From assembly GCA_051003155.1 (NCBI GenBank), contig JBPCLO010000006.1, positions 33,704-97,703 on the forward strand: a DNA stretch of 64,000 nt, in the 5' to 3' direction. Shown here piece after piece: positions 57,899 to 64,000 of the stretch. Every line of letters begins with the position of its first letter. Position 1 is the stretch's first letter. This stretch comes from Fimbriimonadales bacterium (GTDB lineage: Bacteria > Armatimonadota > Fimbriimonadia > Fimbriimonadales > ATM1). The translations under genes and the position numbers were made by a program. The notes under the pieces were generated by a model that saw only the letters and a list, made by a program, of their open reading frames with translations, was not told the origin of the DNA and did no database searches.

Positions 57899-59473
57899 CT
57901 ACTCCGCCTTGTCACGCCGCCGTGAAATAGCCGTCAGCGCGTACTTCGCTTCTTCGAGGCCGAAAAGCTTGCCGATGCCGATGTAGGCCCACGCGCCTCC
58001 GAGGCCGAGGATTACGATTCGGAGCAGGGAAGCGAGATGGGACTGAGAGGCGGGGAACAGGCCGGCAGCGAAATGGACGAGAGCCGCGGTGCCGAGGGCG
58101 GACACTCCTCCCAGCAAGAGGAGTCGCGCCAGCCTCGTTCCATCGATCCGCGAGAGCTTTGCGCGGAGGCCGACCGTCAGCAGCACGAGCAGCACAATTG
58201 CCGAGATCGACGTTGCGAGGGGCAAGCCCAAGTAACCCAATTCCGTGTTCACCAGGCCCCAGCATAGCAGCGCGAAGACAACGGACGTAGCCGTTCCGAG
58301 GAGAATGGGAAGAAGCGAAGTGTGCATCGCGAAGAAAGCCCGCATGAGCACCGGATGCGCGCACCAGGCGAACACGCCGATGCTGAACATTCGAAGCCCC
58401 GCGGCCGTAAGCTCAGCGTCGGAGGCGGTGAACTTGCCGTATTGAAAAAGCAACCGAACCACATCCTCACTCAAAACGAACAGCATGGCCGAAACCAGGA
58501 TGCCGACGTACAGCACGGCCCGCAGCGTCTTGCTGAGTGTCGCGAGGAATTCGGCGGCTTTGTCCTGCGCGTAGAGCGCGCTTAGAGTCGGGAAAACCGC
58601 GATCGCGAGCGCCTGGCCGAAGATACCCAGCGGCGCCTGCATGACCCGGTTGCCGTTTTCGAGCGCACTAATCGTGCCGGGCTCCTGGAACGAAGCGAAG
58701 AACCTGAGCGCGATCGCGTAAATGCCGGGCAGACTCAGCCCCAGCACGACCGGGAGCATCAGCTTGAAAACGCGGGTGACCCCCGGGTGCCTCAAATTCA
58801 AGGACGGTGTGAATTTGACTCCGAAGCGCCGCATCAGGAATATCGGTAATGCCAGGCTGCCAACCAGTGCACCGATCAGCGCTCCCCAGGCCAGGCCGAA
58901 AATGGGCACCGCAAGAAAAGGCGCGATGATCAGGGCGCCGGCGATGATGCCGATGTTATAGATATTCGGGCTCAGCCCGGGCGTCAGGAAGTGATGGCGG
59001 GCGTTCATTGTGCCGAACATCAGCCCGCCGAGGAAAAACCCGAACTGGCTGGGCAATACGATCCGCGACATTGTGGCGGCGAGATCGACCGTTTCACGCG
59101 TAAGGCCCGGCGTCACCAGGTTCAGAAGCGGCTCCGCGAAGATCTCCGCAAACACGACGAAACCGAGGACGACAAAGCCCATGACGGTCGCCATGACGCT
59201 GAAGACATGCCACGCCTCGTCCTCTTCGCCGTTTGCCCAGTACTTCGTGAAAACCGGGATGAACGCGCTGCTCAGCGCGCCTCCGGCGATCAGGAAAAAC
59301 AGCAGGTCTGGGATCGAAAAGGCCGCCCGGTAGGCGTCGGTGATCGCATCCTGTCCAAACTGATACGAAATGATGGTGTCGCGAATCTGGCCGAGGACGC
59401 GGCTTAGAAGAATGAGGCCCCCCATAAGCCCGCCCGCTTTTGCAACGGACATCGCTTTGGGAGGCCGATTCAC
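57899..59473 (-). CDS. murJ: Lipid II flippase MurJ (MviN)
   Basis: SRVLG..RD, AFSIPD, GGALSSAFIPVF, LFQYGKF. Confidence 0.94.
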   Translation of the reverse strand: MNRPPKAMSVAKAGGLMGGLILLSRVLGQIRDTIISYQFGQDAITDAYRAAFSIPDLLFFLIAGGALSSAFIPVFTKYWANGEEDEAWHVFSVMATVMGFVVLGFVVFAEIFAEPLLNLVTPGLTRETVDLAATMSRIVLPSQFGFFLGGLMFGTMNARHHFLTPGLSPNIYNIGIIAGALIIAPFLAVPIFGLAWGALIGALVGSLALPIFLMRRFGVKFTPSLNLRHPGVTRVFKLMLPVVLGLSLPGIYAIALRFFASFQEPGTISALENGNRVMQAPLGIFGQALAIAVFPTLSALYAQDKAAEFLATLSKTLRAVLYVGILVSAMLFVLSEDVVRLLFQYGKFTASDAELTAAGLRMFSIGVFAWCAHPVLMRAFFAMHTSLLPILLGTATSVVFALLCWGLVNTELGYLGLPLATSISAIVLLVLLTVGLRAKLSRIDGTRLARLLLLGGVSALGTAALVHFAAGLFPASQSHLASLLRIVILGLGGAWAYIGIGKLFGLEEAKYALTAISRRRDKAE

Positions 59474-59482
59474 GCTTTAGGG

Positions 59483-59809
59483 TTAGGCCAAAGCGCGGTC
59501 GAGGACCGCCTTAATTTGCTCTTTCGAGGCGGCGCCGACCATCTGGTCGAAGAGCTTTCCTTCCTTAAAGACCATCAACGTCGGAATGCTCATGACGCCG
59601 TACCGCATAGCCAGTTCGCCCTCCGCGTCCACGTCGATCTTGAAAATCTTCGCCTTGCCGGCGTATTCGGTCGCCAGGGCCTCAACGTGCGGCGCAATCA
59701 TGCGGCACGGCCCACACCACTCCGCCCAGAAATCGAGCAGGACGGGGAGGTTGGATTGTAGTACTTCAGTTTCGAAATTGGCAGCGCTCAGGGCGAGTTC
59801 GGTGGCCAT
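59483..59809 (-). CDS. trxA: Thioredoxin
   Basis: DFWAEWCGPC, VMSIPTL. Confidence 0.97.
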   Translation of the reverse strand: MATELALSAANFETEVLQSNLPVLLDFWAEWCGPCRMIAPHVEALATEYAGKAKIFKIDVDAEGELAMRYGVMSIPTLMVFKEGKLFDQMVGAASKEQIKAVLDRALA

Positions 59810-59969
59810 GGCTTACTCCTCCAGTAGTTTCATTCAAGGTTACCCCAGAGGCACTTTTTGCGCTTCCTTCTGTAACAATTCGCTGCGAATTGCGTCAGAA
59901 TACTGAAACCCTGCGGTTCAATGCCGCATTCCAACTCAATTCATGATACGACCAAGGAGGAATACCACA

Positions 59970-60701
59970 GTGAAGATGTGGGTTCGAATAACGATTTTCG
60001 CCGCGGTTGCGGCAGTAATGGTACCGGCGGCCGCTGCGGAAACTCGGCTTGCCGGCATTCGCCTCTACGATAGCGGCGTCGACGTCGTCCGCAAGCTCGG
60101 CTCCCCGACCGATGTTCTGCCGGTCGTGTTTGACACGGCCGCTGGCGGCGGAGGCGGTGGCGGTTCGCGCGGCGGTGGTGGCGGCGGCTCCCGAGGCGGG
60201 GGCGGCTTTGCTCCTGCCCCTGCTGGCGGCGGCAACGCCAACTTCGTCGTTCCTCCGGTCAGTTTCAATCAGATGGGCAAGGGTGGTGGCGGCCAGGGGC
60301 CGGCGCCAATGGGCGGTCCTGGCAGCGGCCCGGCCCCTATGGGTGGCGGTAGAGGCGGCGGCGGCGGTGGTGTCACCGACACTCAGTACGTCCGATGGGT
60401 TTACAAGCGCGGCGCCGGCGGCAGTGTGAACGTCGTCCTGAACAAGTTCAACAAGGTCGTCCAGATCGAGGCCATCGGCATCTCCAATCCGAAAGTGAAA
60501 ACGTCCAAGGGTGTGATGCTGGGATCCTCACTCGCAACGATCATCCGCAAGTATCAGAATCCTGATGCCTACGAGGTCGGCGACAACTATTTCATGGTTC
60601 GCTTCCTCCAGAGCCATAAAGTGGCATTCCGGCTTACCCGCGAAAACAACCGTGCGCCGTATCGAGTTACCGGTATCGTGGTTTCCGCAGGCAAGTCGTA
60701 A
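59970..60701 (+). CDS. Exported protein with a Gly/Pro-rich low-complexity insert
   Basis: AAGGAGG RBS, signal peptide, poly-Gly and GPAPMGG repeats, TSKGVMLGS. Confidence 0.8.
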   Translation: MKMWVRITIFAAVAAVMVPAAAAETRLAGIRLYDSGVDVVRKLGSPTDVLPVVFDTAAGGGGGGGSRGGGGGGSRGGGGFAPAPAGGGNANFVVPPVSFNQMGKGGGGQGPAPMGGPGSGPAPMGGGRGGGGGGVTDTQYVRWVYKRGAGGSVNVVLNKFNKVVQIEAIGISNPKVKTSKGVMLGSSLATIIRKYQNPDAYEVGDNYFMVRFLQSHKVAFRLTRENNRAPYRVTGIVVSAGKS

Positions 60702-60716
60702 CTGTTCCGATGAGGA

Positions 60717-62426
60717 ATGCCTGAGGAGCGTGACTTAGTCCGAAGTAGAGTCGACCTTGTCGACCTCGTCGCCGAGCGCGTCAAGCTCATCAAGGTAGGA
60801 AAAAAATGGAAGGGGCTTTGTCCGTTTCATGCGGAGAAAACCCCTTCTTTTCAATTGGACTCCGACCTCCAGCTTTTTCACTGCTTCGGCTGTCAGAAAG
60901 GTGGTGACGTGTTCGATTGGGTCATGCAGTCGGAGAACGTCGACTTTCGCACCGCGCTCGAAATGCTCGCTCAGCGTACTGGCGTGACACTCTCAGCAGG
61001 TAAGGGCCGCTCGCAAGACGAGGTCCAAAGTCAAATCGCGACGATGGAAGCGGCGCTGGCATTTTACAAGGCTGCCTTTACCGAATCGCCGTCTGCCCAG
61101 GAATACGCTGCGACTCGCGGACTTGACGCCGAGACGCTCGCCAAGTGGGAGATCGGACTGGCCCCCAACTCGGAGTACGCGTTGGGAACTCATCTTAAGA
61201 AAATCGGGCGCAAACTGCAAGAGGCCTGCGAACTGAGTCTGTTGGCCGGGGATTCGAGTGCAGGGTATCGGGATTTCTTTCGTGGCCGACTCATGTTTTC
61301 GATACGGGACGATCAGGGACGGCTCGTCGCATTTAGCGGCAGGTCGATGGATGGGACAGAGCCGAAGTACATCAACTCCCGCGACACCGCCCTATTCAAG
61401 AAAAGCGATACGATTTATGGACTTTACCATAGCCGCGTGGCGTTGCGCGAAAGCCGGTCCGCTGTGCTGGCCGAGGGTCAAATGGACGTGATCGCCTGTC
61501 ATCATGCCGGTATCGATACGGCGGTCGCCGCCCTGGGCACGGCATTGGCCGCGGGGCATGTGCGCAAGCTCAAACGCTACTGTGACAGCGCCACGCTCCT
61601 GTACGACGGGGACATGGCGGGTAGGAGGGCAACAGAGCGCGCCTTTCAGCTTTTTGCCGATGTCGATATGTCCGCGCGGGCGGTGTTGTTGCAGCATGGC
61701 GAAGATCCGGATACAGTTAGGAAGAAAGAAGGAGCGGAGGCGTTGCGACAAAGGGTCGCCTCGGCGGTTTCGCCCGTTCGTTTCGAGGTCGAGGGACTGC
61801 TTCGCGATTGCGATGCTAAGCCTGGGATTGGCGATCCTGCCTTTTGGAAGGCGATCAAGGAAGCCTTGGCCGGCTCACCGGAGAAGTTGGAGGTAGACGC
61901 CCTTCTCGACGAACTGGCGGGCCTGCATCCTAACGCGCGGGTCGACCGAAAGGCAGTGATTCAAGCCCTCCGCAGCGAGGTCGCAACCGTGCGAAAACCA
62001 CGCTCGAAGGCCGGCACCTCGCTTCCTGAGGCAGGCGCCGAGGCGGGATTCTCTCTACCTATTCCGCGAGGGCCCGAGCGCGAAATTATTAGGGCGGCCA
62101 TCGATGAGGGGTTCCGCGAGATCGCATGGCCGAGGCTCGCCGAGGAAAACCTTGTCGTGAGCGAAGGGGGCCGGGCGATTGCGGACGCACTCTTGGCCGT
62201 CTCTTCCGATCCACCGGCGACAACGGCGCGAGACCTCGTTGCAAACCTCGTTCCTGCTGTGCGGCAGGCCATTATGGCCATGGAGCCTTCTCCCCTCAAC
62301 TTGCCGGGGATCGAAGAAGCTGTGGAAAGACTGGTGAGCGAAAGAGACCGGCGAATCCGTCTGTACAAATACCAGAGCGAACCGAGTGTTGAAACAGCGC
62401 GGAAGATTTACCCGTCTTCACACTGA
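60717..62426 (+). CDS. dnaG: DNA primase
   Basis: CPFHAEKTPSF, CFGC, PKYINS, EGQMDV, LGTA, YDGD.AG, DPD. Confidence 0.96.
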   Translation: MPEERDLVRSRVDLVDLVAERVKLIKVGKKWKGLCPFHAEKTPSFQLDSDLQLFHCFGCQKGGDVFDWVMQSENVDFRTALEMLAQRTGVTLSAGKGRSQDEVQSQIATMEAALAFYKAAFTESPSAQEYAATRGLDAETLAKWEIGLAPNSEYALGTHLKKIGRKLQEACELSLLAGDSSAGYRDFFRGRLMFSIRDDQGRLVAFSGRSMDGTEPKYINSRDTALFKKSDTIYGLYHSRVALRESRSAVLAEGQMDVIACHHAGIDTAVAALGTALAAGHVRKLKRYCDSATLLYDGDMAGRRATERAFQLFADVDMSARAVLLQHGEDPDTVRKKEGAEALRQRVASAVSPVRFEVEGLLRDCDAKPGIGDPAFWKAIKEALAGSPEKLEVDALLDELAGLHPNARVDRKAVIQALRSEVATVRKPRSKAGTSLPEAGAEAGFSLPIPRGPEREIIRAAIDEGFREIAWPRLAEENLVVSEGGRAIADALLAVSSDPPATTARDLVANLVPAVRQAIMAMEPSPLNLPGIEEAVERLVSERDRRIRLYKYQSEPSVETARKIYPSSH

Positions 62427-62450
62427 AGGAACGCGGTCTGCGAAATAGCC

Positions 62451-63542
62451 ATGGTGAGCAAGTTTGGGTCATCTCTGCCCCCCGAAACCGAAGCTCTTCT
62501 CGAGCTTGGTATCGCGCGTGGCCGTCTCAACATTGACGAAATCAACGAAGCGATCGGGCCCATCGACCCCGACCGCATCGAAGAGGTGTTCGACGCGATA
62601 GAGCAGCGGGGAATCGCGATCGAAACCGACCCCGGCCGCAATGGCGAAAGAGCCGATGATTTACTTCCGGAAGCCTACGTTTCGCTTAAAGAACTAGCGG
62701 AACTTGAAGGTCCGCCGTTGGAAGATTCCGCCCGCCAGTGGCAGGGAATCATTTCTCGGACCCCGCTGCTCACGGCGGAGCAGGAGCGCGCTCTCTCTTT
62801 GCAAGTTAAAGAGGGTTCGTCGACCGCAAAGTTTGCGATGATCGAGGCCAATTTGAGGCTGGTGGTTAGCATCGCCAGGAAGTTTATTGGGCGCGGAATG
62901 TCGATGCAGGACCTCGTTCAGGAAGGCAATCTGGGCTTGATGAAGGCGGTCGAGAAGTACGATAGCGCCCGTGGATACCGGTTTAGCACCTATGCAACGT
63001 GGTGGATTAAGCAGGCGGTTGGCAGGGCGATTTCCGACCAGTCACGAACGATTAGGCTGCCGGCGGCAGTCGGCGACACCCTCCGGCAAATAGGAAAGGC
63101 TACCGGCGTCTTGCAACAATCTTTGGGTCGAGATCCGACCGCGGAGGAGGTCGCATCCGCCGTAGGAATAACACCGGAAAGGATACAAGAGATACTGCGC
63201 CTTGCGCCGGAGCCGATTTCTCTGCAGGCGCCGGTGGGCGGTGACGAAGGATCGAGCCTTGCTGACTTTATCGAGGACTTGGGATCGAGTATGGCCGAGG
63301 AGGCCGCGTCCAACGCGGAGCTCAAAGACAAGGTCGACGAAATGCTCGACACGCTAAGCGGCCGCGAGAAGGATGTGATCAAGATGCGGTTCGGGCTTGC
63401 CGATGGAATCCCACGGACTTTGGACGAAATCGCAGGGCAGACGGGGATTACTCGCGAGAGCGTCCGGCAAATAGAAAAGCTCGCCCTCAAGAAGCTGAGG
63501 CAGCCGGGTAACGGCGATGGGCTCAAAGGCATTCTGGACTGA
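62451..63542 (+). CDS. rpoD: RpoD-like sigma-70 factor
   Basis: ANLRLVVSIA, DLVQEGN, FSTYATWWI, TRE.VRQIE; directly after dnaG. Confidence 0.85.
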   Translation: MVSKFGSSLPPETEALLELGIARGRLNIDEINEAIGPIDPDRIEEVFDAIEQRGIAIETDPGRNGERADDLLPEAYVSLKELAELEGPPLEDSARQWQGIISRTPLLTAEQERALSLQVKEGSSTAKFAMIEANLRLVVSIARKFIGRGMSMQDLVQEGNLGLMKAVEKYDSARGYRFSTYATWWIKQAVGRAISDQSRTIRLPAAVGDTLRQIGKATGVLQQSLGRDPTAEEVASAVGITPERIQEILRLAPEPISLQAPVGGDEGSSLADFIEDLGSSMAEEAASNAELKDKVDEMLDTLSGREKDVIKMRFGLADGIPRTLDEIAGQTGITRESVRQIEKLALKKLRQPGNGDGLKGILD

Positions 63543-63564
63543 TCCATTTCGGGATAATCAAAAC

Positions 63565-64000
63565 ATGAACGATTCTCGCGCGCGCTGGGATACGGCCGCC
63601 CCGCACTACCTCCGTTCCTCCTGGCATGCCAATGAGGCGGCACTAGAGCACATGGTGCAGGTTTCGAACGTGCGAGGCGGGAATATCGTCGATGTGGCGA
63701 CCGGGGCGGGCCACGCAGCCATGGCTTTTTCTCACAGCGCGAACAGGATCCTCGCCCTAGATTCCTCGCCGCGTATGCTCGGGATCGCCAAAGAGGAGGC
63801 CACGGGGAGGGGGATCGACAACATCGATTACGTGGTTGGCGACGCGCTCGACCTGCCACTTCTACGCGCGAGTCTGGACGGCGTCGTTTGCCGGGTGGCG
63901 GCTCACCATTTTGGAGACCCCGAGCTTTTTATGCAAAGAAGCTTTGACGTCCTCGGGCCGGGCGGCTTTCTGCTGCTCATCGACACGGTGGGCGCGGATG
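63565..64000 (+). CDS. Class I SAM-dependent methyltransferase, runs off the window edge
   Basis: Manual translation: VDVATGAGH, LDSSPRML, GDALDLP, CRVAAHHF. Confidence 0.85.
   Translation, partial: MNDSRARWDTAAPHYLRSSWHANEAALEHMVQVSNVRGGNIVDVATGAGHAAMAFSHSANRILALDSSPRMLGIAKEEATGRGIDNIDYVVGDALDLPLLRASLDGVVCRVAAHHFGDPELFMQRSFDVLGPGGFLLLIDTVGAD

Noticed and set aside
60140..60372. Mobile or contingency repeat in the GGC-rich tract
   Set aside because: Explained by in-frame poly-Gly coding with varied codons.

Overview
A GC-rich bacterial chromosome segment, probably Armatimonadota/Fimbriimonadia-like (inferred from gene content and style, not verified). It is mostly housekeeping genes: mutL-ruvC, rnpB, pyrE/panD, ccmEF, imuB-dnaE2, rarA, hisS, parAB, purSQ, pcrA, rng, lysS-greA, speD with two speE genes, metK, gcvT, murQ, miaA-hfq-dapF, murJ, trxA and dnaG-rpoD. 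Several decayed or accessory genes are interspersed. The main unexplained signal is a pair of paralogous intergenic cassettes 28 kb apart (22927-23190 minus; 51423-51723 plus). Each has tandem DnaA-box-like 9-mers, a conserved CCGyGGCkAAAGAACC motif and a TTGCwT-N17-TACTAT promoter, followed by a 166/191-nt non-coding RNA. Hand folding gives both RNAs the same five-way-junction topology despite divergent sequence. Other notable items: a Selenoprotein-N-like gene read through an in-frame Cys-UGA (50459-51421), a hicA pseudogene silenced by a single change at the shared GTGA overlap plus a frameshift, a TolC/MacB deletion scar, a candidate SOS-type operator at imuB, and widespread leaderless-gene architecture. 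All structures and family calls were made by eye, without tools.
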